A stretch of DNA of 61,968 nt, the filler included, from Rhabdomonas costata (Eukaryota), in assembly GCA_019059605.1 (NCBI GenBank). It is 23 parts of 23 records of this genome, joined end to end, with 100 filler letters (N's around TTAATTAATTAA, not from the genome) between each part and the next. Parts side by side here need not be neighbours in the genome. Positions count along the whole stretch, not along the records: positions 13,492 to 16,087 come from JAHMHO010002695.1; positions 16,188 to 18,783 come from JAHMHO010002696.1; positions 18,884 to 21,478 come from JAHMHO010002697.1; positions 21,579 to 24,174 come from JAHMHO010002698.1; positions 24,275 to 26,870 come from JAHMHO010002699.1; 18 more parts are not named here. The stretch is one strand, 5' to 3'. Under the pieces are notes generated by a model. The model saw nothing but the letters and a program-made list of their open reading frames with translations. It was not told the origin of the DNA and did no database searches. The first letter of the stretch is position 1. Each line of letters opens with the position of its first letter. Shown here in pieces: positions 13,549-25,109 of this stretch. Made by a program: the position numbers and the translations under genes.

Positions 13549-15907
13549 CTGGGCCAGGTTGGCCATCAGAAGCTCCGCGGCCAGGATGGAGCCCTGACAG
13601 AATCCCGAGCTCTGCACGCAGCACACGACGTAGGCGTTCTTGCTGACGAACCGCAGCAACCTCTCCGCGCAAGACAGCACGCAGCTCACGCAGCACCCAA
13701 CAAAGAGCAGGGGGTGCGCTCCGTGGCACCGTCGGACCTGAGAAGGGGTACAAGGCCAAGGGGAAGAAGGGGAGGAGGCACAGGAATGGCTTGCCTCTAG
13801 CTTTCGGTTTATCTCTGCCAATTAAAAATACGGTGCTGGACGATGGTCGGGCACCAATCTGTAACGAGTTCAGCGTCTTACACTCGCACGGCAAATTTGT
13901 TCTGGTCCAAATGCACACCTACACACATCCATGAGCTCTCTCAGATACACAGATACACCCCCTTACGCACGCATACCCTTTCCACAATCCATAGGAAGGC
14001 CAGACGGATCAGCTGCAGAACCGCGATCACCATCGAGCCAAAGGCAAGGGTGCCCAAGTGGTACCTACCAATCATCCCCCAGCTGGCATGGACTCAGCAA
14101 ATGTCAAGGTCTGTTTTCTTTTTGACGGCAAAGACCCACATTGCAGCACAAAAAACGCTCATCGTAACCTTTACCCATACGCTTGACGCAGAGACTTCCG
14201 CCTTCAACAGTGGGCGTTTCACACGTCTTTGACCTGGCAGAGCCTTTTCGCGAAGTGGCCAGAGCGTAAAACTTCTGTGCGCAGTCCGTGTCACAGCTGA
14301 CAAACGCCTGTGTTAACCTCCCAAACAGAGATGCACACCGCAGGGTGAACCACAGGGCTGTGGGCACAGCCAGCATGGGCATGGGCTTGTGCTGCGTGGT
14401 TGACCCAAAGTACCTTTATTTGCACACAGGACGGGGGAAAGAGAACGATTGGGGAGCGCGGCAGTTCATGTAATTGGAACGAGTATCAGAAGCTCAAATC
14501 AAAAGCCAGAATAATACAAAATTACAAGGGCAACTGCTACAGCTACCACAGGAGGTTAACTAACCTTTGTGCCAAAACATTTTGCAATTTTCACCGCCCA
14601 GCTGTCACCCACATAGGCATTTAAGGTCCAAAGAGGAGCGAGAAAGCGAGCAGTTGCACGTTACCAGACAGGAAAGGTGGAAACCGAGGCACAAGCACGC
14701 GCCCATCTATCTTATCTTTTCGCGTTTTCAACTTCCTCGCTACAACCGGATTTCCCTTTTTTGTTGCAACGTGGTGTACCAGTGCAGGGGAGAAAGACGC
14801 GAGCGCGCCACATTAGAAATGACAACGCCACGATCAGCTCCACCCGACCTCCCAAATACAGATCATTTTCCGGGGAGGAAAAGCGGACTTAGTTTCCCCA
14901 GGGACAGGTCAGTGTGGGTGGGAGGGAAGGGGGGCAGCCCAACTTATGGTCTTCATTTCTGGAGTTGCGATGTCCACGCCCGCACAAACGGGGTGCAAAA
15001 GAAGCAGCGGCACATAGCAGAGGGTTGGATGCAGACAGGATGAACACGATTGCGGCAGCATTTGAGCAGTTGAACTTTTAAGCGAATTCATAAAGCACAA
15101 AATTTCTTGACTAAGACTCGGTTTGGGCGAAGCGGAGCTCCCCCTCCCCCATTTGCTCTCCTCAGCTTCCCCTGTGGAGTACTCAAAGTCGTATCCCACT
15201 GCGACTTTGCACTGGCCTTTCACACTCCCTCGAAAAACAGCCCTCCGCACACCACATCACAGTGACAAAGGCGATGATCATGAAGCAGATCGCCGACAGG
15301 AACTCCGCAGTCCAGATGTAGCCCACCAGCACGTACAGGCTGAGCCAGTGTCGAGTGGAGTCTTGGGAGAGGAAGTTCACCGTCATGTTGCCGAGCTCGA
15401 TGGGAACATTGCTTGCACTGCCACCACCGGGGATCACGTTGCTCACGTCCTTGCTAAAGATCGTAATCTGTTATTTTTGTTGGGGGATATTATAAGGGAC
15501 CGATATAAAAAACCAATAACCCAAAGATAAAAAGCAGCACTGACAGCACTGGCGTCAATAACATTGCCTCCAAAAATAGCTTTCTCGGTGAAGGCACGTG
15601 CGGACACCGTTCGGGTCACTCCTGCTGGTCATGGTTTGCCTTATACATACGTGCATGTGCAGACCCCACACATCAAAAATGCGCACTGTGTGGAGGAAGT
15701 ACTTTTGTTTACTGGGTATGTTTGGCCACGTGGATCAAAAAGGCAGGCAACCTGATCCACGGCGAGCTTCCCGTAGCTCTCAAGGTACGCCCACAGCGCC
15801 ACACAAAACGCCGTCCAGGCCACAAACAGCAGCATCGTAACAACGGGCACCGTGAGCATCCCATACGCTCGCCACGTGACCTCCGCCGTGGTGCTCAGGA
15901 TCTCAAT
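13549..15907 (-). CDS. Choline transporter-like protein (CTL/SLC44/Pns1 family), partial
   Basis: Exons 15907..15752, 15449..15253 (YVLVGYIWTAEFLSA), 14413..14339, 14064..13977 (RYHLGTLAFGSMVIA) and 13737..~13549 (CCVSCVLSCAERLLRFVSKNAYVV...GFC) carry diagnostic CTL motifs. Confidence 0.92.
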
Positions 15908-16399
15908 CTAAAGCGAGTGCCACGAATCCAGGATCTACAGCACCCTAACCGTGCATGTCGCTTTTTCGCTTTTTCAAGCGCTTTTTTCAAGCACATCGAA
16001 ATGCAACCCGACTGCGACGGATCCACAAAGGAGCAAAACGTAAAAAAGATTGCGCCGAGCAAGGCTGTGAGATGTGCACACAACAAANNNNNNNNNNNNN
16101 NNNNNNNNNNNNNNNNNNNNNNNNNNNNNNNTTAATTAATTAANNNNNNNNNNNNNNNNNNNNNNNNNNNNNNNNNNNNNNNNNNNNTTTTGGTTTGCAC
16201 CAGCTCCCTGTTCATTCTTTTTGACCGCACCTGCTCTCCCCTGCTCTCAGTTTCTTGCCGTTCTATTTGCCTGCAGGTCTCATTATCTCACTCATTGTTC
16301 TGTTCACCCTTCGTTTTTCCGGCACGGTGCCTTCATTACATTCCTAATTTCTGAAAAAGTCGAGGAGAAGACAAACAGAACGTCACAGAATTGAGACAC

Positions 16400-17250
16400 C
16401 TGCTGCCATCTTTCAGTATGAGGGTTCCCTCCTTCAGATGGCCCTGCTCGAATTTGCCAAAATAGACAGCCCCGCTCTTGACCTTCAGCTCGCCCTTGCC
16501 TTCCATCACCCCATTGCGAAAGGACCTGGGTACAATGGAAAGCAATAGAAAGAGTGAAAAATGGAGCTCCCTTGAATAGAACTCGTGCAATAAGAAACAC
16601 CAAGCAGCTGTGGTATAATCATTTCCTGAATTAAACAACGGCAACAACCACAAGAAGCACTGCACACCCTTTGTAAACGGCACCATTCTTAAACTTCGCA
16701 GTGCCTTGACCGTGCGGAAGGTTCTCGGCGAAGAACCCCTCGTAATCCATCGTGGATTGACTCAGAGTTCCTTGAAAAGATTGGAGGAATTGGCTGGTCC
16801 ACTGGAAAATAACATCGGGACTAAATTTGTTTCAACTGGTTTGGCACCGCAGGGAGTTGAAATGCCGAAGGAAGCAAACGGAGAGTTGGTGAAACCTGCG
16901 CAGTGTCACGCCTACATGGAGTTCGTAGGACAGTGGGGAGCTCTCTCTTCGCAATTTAGTAGCTCGGAGTTTAACCTGAGCAAGCTGAGGTATTGGGCAC
17001 GAGAGCAAACCTTCGCGAAACTGTCCATCGACAAGGGTCCCTTTGAAAATAGCCTTGCCGCCATCGTCGGAGTTCTCCGTGACGCTACCCTGAACCAGAG
17101 CGTCATTGTCATAGATACCCTCCTCCAGCCTGCCGTTGCTGTATGCCGTCGTCCCCTGGCCGTGTCGAAACCAGCTCCGAAACTGCCCCGTGTACACCCC
17201 AGCACCGTCGGGGAGCTCCAGAGTCCCCCCATCTTCGATATGCCCAGACT
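16400..17250 (-). CDS. MORN-repeat protein, partial
   Basis: Exons 17250..16976 (VYTGQFRSWFRHGQG), 16801..16668 (YEGFFAENLPHGQGTAKFKNGAVYKG) and 16525..16400 (SFRNGVMEGKGEL...YFGKFEQG) are phase-consistent. A possible first exon lies at ~17714..17645 (MGFWNNLPLPLVVG...). Confidence 0.85.
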
Positions 17251-17951
17251 CTGGGAAAGGCGCAAGACAGCGAAGCAAAAAACTTGTTTATTCCGCCCTA
17301 CCATATTACCACAAACATGTATTCTTTTTAAACTTACCGCACGGCAAGGGTCATGTTGGGAATCCTGGAGGGAAAATTAGGCCGGAGGAGGAGGAAGAGG
17401 GGGGATGCGTGCATCCGTGTCAACTTTCCACGGAAGGGGAGAATGTGTGTTTATGTTTGTTGCTGTGCGTTTGATCAGAAGTGACCCAGACAGGCCATGG
17501 AGCCATATATGCTGAGTGCAATCATTTTTCAGTGGCGCGCCTGTGGTGGGTTGAGGAAACGCCCTCACAAGGTTGGGCGACCGCAGAGTCAGAGCTCCCT
17601 AGAACTGTGTTTGATTGTGGCATTGAAGTTTCCCAATTAATCACCGCCCAGTATCAGAGAGGTGATCTCCACTCCAACAACCAGAGGAAGCGGGAGGTTA
17701 TTCCAGAAGCCCATGGGCAGAAAGATCTCCAGCAATGCCCCGTGCACGTGATATATGCGTGGAGACCCGTTTTTTTCTTACTACCGTTAAGTTTTATGAG
17801 ACCTGATGAGTGCGATGAATAGTTGCACTGTTGCAGCATTGGCCGTTCATAGTCCCGCGCACACGCAAACTACAAACAAAACTACAAAAGACACCCTTGG
17901 GCCCTACCCTGAACTCCACATTCACCACTCATCCTGCCTCTTCTTTCTCAG

Positions 17952-18457
17952 CGACGTTGCCGAGACGTGCGATGGTTACTCCAAGCTCTGCCCCGTTGAC
18001 GACAAATTGCCCACGACTTCGCTGTGCCGTGCCAAAGTTGGAGACTGCGGTAGGTTTATTTTGTTAACAAGGGTGCTTCGACGACGACAAAAAGCACGCA
18101 AATAAGCGGTGAAAAACCGTCAAACGTGAGTGAGAGGTGAAAAATTGTTACCGAAATGACACCTTTTAAATAACAGGGGGGATAATAATAAGTCAATCTG
18201 CAAGCCCTGTTAGCCGTGGTTGTTTCTGATGTATTGAAAGCTCACAAGCTCAGGTTCCACTTTTTGGAGGTGCCGATATTTTCCAATTGGGCACGTGACA
18301 TCAGCTTTGAAATTTGGCGAACAGTGTGCATTTGGCACCCAGCGGTATGCCCTGTTTCTTATTCTTGGCAGGCGACGCGGAATACTGTGACGGTACTTCC
18401 AACGACTGCCCCATGGACTTCAACCTGAGCAGCTCTGTCCTCTGCCGTTCGGCAGGA
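17952..18457 (+). CDS. Disintegrin-like cysteine-rich repeat protein, internal exons
   Basis: Exons 17952..18049 (DVAETCDGYSKLCPVD...LCRAKVGDC) and ~18372..18457 (GDAEYCDGTSNDCPMD...LCRSAG) each hold one CxxAExCDGxSxxCPxD...CR repeat and join in phase 1. Confidence 0.75.
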
Positions 18458-18899
18458 GGTGCTGTCTCCGTTATGTGCTTATTTTGTTTGCTTGGCGCTG
18501 TCCCGTCCGGTGGAGAGAAGAAATATGCGCGGTGGAAGGCGAGCTTACCAATAATCAACACCAGCCCGTGCCCATCTCCACACTTGCTGGCTCAAAATCT
18601 GCAAATACTTAAAAACATTTGGAGTATTTACGTGTTTGTCCGAATGGGTCATTTTATCCATCAACATCAGTTCAATGTTAAATCAAAACGCAAAAAAGTA
18701 AAGAACATACCAAACATTCTCAAGAACATTTGTTTGGCCCTAACATCGAAAATTTCGTTTTGGCCCTGATTCCCCCCCCCAACNNNNNNNNNNNNNNNNN
18801 NNNNNNNNNNNNNNNNNNNNNNNNNNNTTAATTAATTAANNNNNNNNNNNNNNNNNNNNNNNNNNNNNNNNNNNNNNNNNNNNGGGGGGGTGGGTCGGG

Positions 18900-21030
18900 G
18901 CCGTCGATAGACCCGGGAGGGTGAAGATAAGGGCACAATCGCGGACTGTCTCCAAATCCGTAATGCTCGAGCTGAAGTACAATGAAGCCCTTGGCAGTGA
19001 ACTTGAAGGCATTGTTCAGCAAACTGAATGGGTTAGGATAAAACACGAGCAACACTATGGCGCCGGGACGGTGAGAAGATTCCGTGGGCTTTATTTAATT
19101 TGTCACTGGGGCATTATGGAGCCCCTTCAATTTACTGTGCATTCTATGGACTGCAGGACGGACGTCTCGTCCAATGATTAGGACATGAAAGAAGACTCCG
19201 CAGGGGTTAAGTGGCCTTTCACGACTCCAGGATCAACATAGAGTTTTGGGAAGCCCTCTGAAAAAGACGCCAGACCAGCTTCGGCTTCGTCCTCACATCG
19301 TCAAGAAAACGGGAATCAGAAAACTGAAAAAATGAGAATTGCAGAACAAGCCCAATGCGAAAACCCGCAAGGCCGCCAAACAACGCTTTCGCACACTTGA
19401 TCAGAACTTGGCTCACCCTAGTCATGTCCCCCAGCACCAGACGAGGCAGGGTGTACGGGATCTCTACCACAAGCTCCACAGGCTTGGAGCCCAGGTCCCC
19501 CCGCAGCACGGCAATCGCGCCCTCCACGCACTCCCGGAGGTCAAACCAGCGGCTCTCCAGCACCAGCTTCGAGGACCCCAGCTTTGCAAAGGTCAGGATA
19601 TCGTTGACGACGTTCAGCAGGGCCTTCCCACACAGCCCAATGGAGGTGGTGTACTGCTGCTGCGTGCGGTTCAGCGGGGTCAGTGCGAGAAGCTCGGCCA
19701 TGCCAATGATCCCCGTGAGCTGATTGACACACAAACAAACGAACACAGAGGAGGAGGAGAGAGACCCCCCCAAAAAAATACATCCAAATGTGACGTGGTA
19801 ACGCCCTCCCCACTTAAGCGCTCCACCCCCCTCCTTGTGTGTGAGCAGGTCAGCCTAAACCCCCATCAACTGTTTTCGTCACATCAGTCCGGAGGACTAC
19901 CACAAAAGTTAACCATCTTCACTGATATGGTAATCTTTGCAGCTTCGTGGAAAAACCCATAAAACTACACAGGCAGCTCCAAGACAGACGAAGTGCTCAG
20001 GATGTAGCGTTGTAGCGGAGCCAGTTTCACTTGTCCTAGGTACAAGGAGGGATAGAATGGTGGGGGGGGGGGGGACGGATGAATTGAGCCACACGCTCTT
20101 TTCTTCCCCTATTCCGAACTGAACCAACGAGCGATGGACCGTTTTTCCGATGGTTGCTTCAGAACTTTGGAAGTTACGACCACGAATGAACGAGCATCGA
20201 ACCTTCATTCGTCTCCCTAAACTCCTTTCCCCGCACGCATCTTCGAAAGTCTCCCAAAAACACACGGGAGGGAGGGGGGTTGCAGTGTCACCGCCCGCTC
20301 GTCACACCGGAGAGCGGATCTCATGGGACATCCGCGCCACAAACGCGGCGCGGGCCGCTACCGCGCGGGCCTCTGCAGCCGTGCGCTCCAGGATCTCCGC
20401 CCTCATCGTGTACACCATGTACCACAGCGACAGCAGCATGAACGGGGAGCTCAGGATGCACTCCACCGCGTGCCACACCACCAGCGCCTCTCGGTCGTAA
20501 GAGTACGACAGAGGCAGCCCCTGCGAGACCTCCACCACGGCCCATCCCAGCAGCGTAACACACGACAGCGCCACCAGCCCAATCGCCACAGCAAAGCTCT
20601 CGTACAGGATGAACCCCAGCATGAAGCTGAACACCACCGTCACCCCGACAAAGGAGTTGTACTCGAGCCCCCCGGCGATCAGGGACACGGGTACCCCGAA
20701 CCATACCGAGGCCGTGAATGCCGCACGAGGTGCGGTCAGGGAGCGGGTGCGGAACAGCGCAACGGCTGTGACGAGAGCGGCCGCGGTGAGGAAAAGGTAG
20801 AAGCTAAGGGAGACAATTGCCGAGGTGGAGGATACATCTAGCCTTTGCGCCCAGAACCCCAGCAGCCCAACACACAGCGGCCACAGCCACCCGCCGCACG
20901 ACAGGAAGGCCAGTGACACCTTCTGGCGCCTCACCGCGGGGGAGTCCGACTCCACACAGACATGGCGCTCGAGCCACTGCTGGGTCGCGGTGGCCCTCTG
21001 AATGAGGCCCTCGCGAAAACCCTTGGGCAT
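18900..21030 (-). CDS. Multi-TM sensor histidine kinase (HisKA plus HATPase_c), 3' partial
   Basis: Exon 21030..20308 (about 6 TM helices, then FVARMSHEIRSP H-box), exon 19719..19397 (LTGIIGMAELL...VNDILTFAKL...LGDMTRVSQVLI) and exon 19023..~18900 (NLLNNAFKFTAKG N-box). All GT-AG and in phase. Confidence 0.95.
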
Positions 21031-22878
21031 GATCAGCACGGAAAAGCAAGCCGCATGAAGAATATGAAAGAACAGAACAAGTTTCGGTCTAAAAAGAAGA
21101 ATGACAAAGCAGGCAGAGCCACGGGGAAGAGGGAAGGAGAGGGACGAGGCAAGCGCCCTCCCATGGCGGTGGTAATGGTGAAGCATACGCACCGCGATGA
21201 AAACTAAGGAAAGCGTCGCTTCTGAAAGCCATACAGAACAGTGTGCCGGCACCTGGTGCTGAACAACTACCACCACAGCGTGCTACCCTCAGAAAAAGAA
21301 CAGGTGTGTGCCTTCTAAGCAGCTCTCCACTCTAGTTCTCGACAACGATTCAATACGACTCACTTCGTACCTCGGTGCATCATTTTTCGGCCGGCTGTTG
21401 CGCTGTCCAGGAGAGGGCTGTCTCCCTTCCTGCTCACCCGGATCACACGGAAGACAATAGCAAGAAAGATACACGCCGNNNNNNNNNNNNNNNNNNNNNN
21501 NNNNNNNNNNNNNNNNNNNNNNTTAATTAATTAANNNNNNNNNNNNNNNNNNNNNNNNNNNNNNNNNNNNNNNNNNNNAAAATCTGTTTTTTATTTGTCC
21601 TGGTGACTGGCACTTTGCACTTTCTCATTGCGTGTTGCACCCCAGTCAGCTTTTCTCTCCCCTTGAGCTCCTCAATGACTGAACGAACTGTCTTGGGACC
21701 TGTTAACATGGCAACGAGGGCTTCAAACTTGATATGCCTCCGCCAAGAACCACAATAACTGCCTCGGAGCCTTGTGCTCTTTTTTCAAAAAGAGACATGT
21801 GTTGCTGCATCCTGGTCTTCAGTCTTTGGAAGTGCGCAAGTGCGCGCGCATGGCAGAGCGAGGACGGGGGGCATGGAATGTTTCAAGCAGTCATGCCTCC
21901 TACACGTTTCTTCGCTGCGGGAATGAATTCGAGTGAACCCGGGAAAGCGATGCAAAGATGAAAAAAGAAGAAAAGTGCCTGTGCAACACAAAAAAGTGTG
22001 AACTCCCTCCAACTCTCTATAATAGGTCGTCGTCTCCAAATCTTCGAGGTGGCGGTAACTTTAGCACGTCCCTATATACAGCAGATATACTGAGGAAATG
22101 GCTGAGAGGACTGCTTGTGTCTGTGTGTACCCGATGGTGCAGTTACGAAGTTTGCCATCGCGCAAATTTCAAAAGCCAAAAAGATCGCATCGGATGTTAA
22201 TAAGCAGTAGGAGGGTCAGAATTGCCCAAACGTATCTCAATGTTGTGATACTATCTATGTCACAGCCACCCCCTTCTCTCTCCTTGCAAAAATCCAGAAA
22301 GGCAAGAAAACAGAAAACAAGAAAGCTGAAGTGGCTTTGATGGGGTGCTTTAAGGAGGTGGCATATCGCGTAAAAGTTCGAAAGGACGTCCAACTTCCGA
22401 CCCGACGCTAACCTCAAATTTCTTTTGATAGAGTCACCGAAAAGACATCCCAGTGAACACTTACTTTTCGCATGCTTCTTCTTTTCTTCTTTTTGAAATT
22501 TTCCGAGTGGCGTGAGACTAAGTTGCCATCTGGTGCTTAGTTGCCCGCGCGCTTCTGTGGATACATTGAACATTTCAAAATTTGCCCAATCAAGCTTTCC
22601 CTTTGACATAGTAAAATTCTGGCCAATTGAAAAAAGCCGTTTCATGAATGGTTTCGAGGAGTGTTTGGCAGAAAGCTCCTGTTCCCTTGACACACTGAAG
22701 AATGCTGGTTGGTAAAAACAAACAAAAGGTGCTCAACGCTCTGAGGAACGCAGATTGCAGCAGGTTCATACAGCCACAAGAGCGCGCACAAACATAAAAG
22801 GTGAGGCGAAAAGTCCTCTTCTGTTCCAATTAAGTGAGACTGGAATGAAGATTCAGCGAAGGCATTCTCTTCCCTATC

Positions 22879-24174
22879 CTAAAAAAAGCCTCGCACCGTA
22901 AGGTTAGGGAAGAAGGAGGATGTCGCAAGAGCTTGCATTCCTGCAGCTGTGATTTCGTTGCCCCTTACCCAAACGGAAGTGAGATTGGGAAAAAAGGAGG
23001 ATGCCGCAAGAGCATGCATTCCCGCATCCCGGGTGTGGTTGCGGCTCATATCCAAGGAGGTGAGGTTGGGGAAGAAAAAGGAGGCAGCAAGAGCTTTCAC
23101 TCCTGCATTCCGGATGTGGTTCTGGCTCACATTCAAGCAGGTGAGGTTGGGGAAGAAGGCGGATGCTGCCAATGCTTGCATTCCTTTATCCTCGATACGG
23201 TTCACGCTAAGATTCAATGAGGTGAGGCTGGAAAAGAAGGGTGATGCCGCGAACGCTTCAATTCCCGCATCCTCGATATTGCAACTGCTCGCATTTAAGG
23301 AGGTGAGGCTGGGAAAGAAGGCAGATGACGCAAGAGCTTGCATTCCCGCATTCCCGAAATGGTTCTGGCACAAATTCAAGGAGGTGAGGTTCGGGAAGAA
23401 GGAGGATGCAAGAGCTTGTATTCCTCCATCCAAAACCAGGTTGTAGCTGACATCTAAATAGGTGAGGTTGGGAAAGAAGGAGGCCGCAAATGCATCCAAT
23501 CCTGCATCGCCGATCTCATTGCGGGTCACATCCAAGGAGATGAGTTTTGGGAAGAAAGAAGCTAGAGCTTGCATTCCAGCATCCTCGATCTGGTTCTGGC
23601 TCACATTCAAAACGGTTAGGTTCGGGAAGAAGGAGGAAGCCCCTAGAGCTTGAATTCCCGCTCCGATATCGTTCCAACTCACATCCAAGGAGGTGAGCTT
23701 GGGGAAAGAGGAGGATGCCGCAAGAGCAAACATTCCTGCTTCCGTGACCTCGTTGTGGCTCACAAGCAAGCAAGTGAGTTTGGGGAAGAGTGAGGATGTC
23801 GCAAAAGCTTGCATTCCAGCATCCTCGATTTGGTTGTGACTCACATTCAAGGAGATGAGAAAAGGGAAGAATGAGAATGCCGCAATCGCTTGCATGCCGG
23901 CAGCCCCGATCTTGTTCAGGCTCACATTCAATGAGGTGAGATTGGAGAAGGAGGAGGATGCTGCGAAAGCATTCATTCCTGCAGCTGTGATCTCGTTGCG
24001 GCTCACAATCAAGGAGATGAGGCTTGGGAAGAAGGAGGAGGCCGCAAGTACTTGCATTCCCGCATCCGTGATCTCATTGTGGCTAAAATTCATGAAGGCA
24101 AGATTGGAGAAGGAATGTGCGGCAAAAGCTTGAATTCCTGCATCCGTGATCTCATTGTGGCTACACCAACCACA
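22879..24174 (-). CDS. Intronless leucine-rich-repeat protein, about 17 tandem 23-25-aa LRRs, 5' partial
   Basis: The frame is open to the contig edge. Repeat consensus FFPNLTSLNVSxNxIxDAGMQALASS, with matching ~75-nt DNA periodicity. Confidence 0.93.
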   Translation of the reverse strand, partial: CGWCSHNEITDAGIQAFAAHSFSNLAFMNFSHNEITDAGMQVLAASSFFPSLISLIVSRNEITAAGMNAFAASSSFSNLTSLNVSLNKIGAAGMQAIAAFSFFPFLISLNVSHNQIEDAGMQAFATSSLFPKLTCLLVSHNEVTEAGMFALAASSSFPKLTSLDVSWNDIGAGIQALGASSFFPNLTVLNVSQNQIEDAGMQALASFFPKLISLDVTRNEIGDAGLDAFAASFFPNLTYLDVSYNLVLDGGIQALASSFFPNLTSLNLCQNHFGNAGMQALASSAFFPSLTSLNASSCNIEDAGIEAFAASPFFSSLTSLNLSVNRIEDKGMQALAASAFFPNLTCLNVSQNHIRNAGVKALAASFFFPNLTSLDMSRNHTRDAGMHALAASSFFPNLTSVWVRGNEITAAGMQALATSSFFPNLTVRGFF

Positions 24175-24815
24175 NNNNNNNNNNNNNNNNNNNNNNNNNN
24201 NNNNNNNNNNNNNNNNNNTTAATTAATTAANNNNNNNNNNNNNNNNNNNNNNNNNNNNNNNNNNNNNNNNNNNNGTTGTGGGGTCTCTCATTGTGGCGAG
24301 TGCCCATTCTACTAAACTGAAAAATTGGTGTACCTAGTGTGCCACGTGCACAGGGACCTCATAGAACCCTTCGAAGTGTGTCTGTATGTGTGTGTTTAGC
24401 GGTCTTTAATGGACCAGGGCGGCTTTCTTTACGGATCGCCTATGGTTTTGTTTATCTTTTTCAGGTGATCTCCCTCTTCTACTGTACCTATAATATACAG
24501 GGCTGGGCAAAGACGTCTTTTGTTCGTTGGTTCGCGAAGTAGCTACACAGCATATCTCCGGTTCGCTTGCATATGTTTTACCCGAAAAACGGCCCTCAGG
24601 GCACAACAGTTTTCTTCGGTGAGTGGTGTGCGAGGTGCTGAGACCTCGAAGATGCCGTGATGCCGTGACAGCACACTGGGCATCGTTTGGTTTGCAATGC
24701 TGTTGCTTCTCGGCAGCATTGCTTGTATGCATGTTTGTTTTTCTGTTTTGTTATTCTGCTGACTCATCTGTATTTGTTGTTGTTTCCATTTTTGGATGAA
24801 CTGCGTGGCTTTCAG

Positions 24816-25109
24816 GGACGCATCCCGGGCGCCGTGTGGGCGGAGTGGTACCACTTCCTGCACTACGTGCAGGGCATCTCCAAGTTCGAGTCCGCCGAGG
24901 CCATCCTGGACGAGGCCCACGCCCACGGCATCGACGACCTGGATACCCCCAACACCCTGTACTGCTTCAAGGGCAGCCGGGCCTCGAACACAATGCTTGC
25001 CCTGCAGCTCGCGGGGTTCCGGAACGTCCGCAATGCCTTTGGGAGCTGGAATGAGTGGTGTCGTGACCCCAGTCTTCCTGTGGACACCAAGATTCTGGAG
25101 GGGGAGTGA
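24816..25109 (+). CDS. Thiosulfate sulfurtransferase (SseA/rhodanese), last exon with catalytic domain
   Basis: After the acceptor tttcag: GRIPGAVWAEW...LYCFKGSRASNT...GFRNVRNAFGSWNEWCRDPSLPV, which includes the catalytic Cys loop and the rhodanese C-terminal signature. Confidence 0.92.
   Translation, partial: GRIPGAVWAEWYHFLHYVQGISKFESAEAILDEAHAHGIDDLDTPNTLYCFKGSRASNTMLALQLAGFRNVRNAFGSWNEWCRDPSLPVDTKILEGE

Noticed and set aside
16706..17380. 224-aa plus-strand ORF
   Set aside because: Antisense shadow of the MORN exons; no motif of its own.
21579..22830. AT-richer region with broken ORFs, possible transposon
   Set aside because: No recognisable transposase or RT motif and no terminal repeats.
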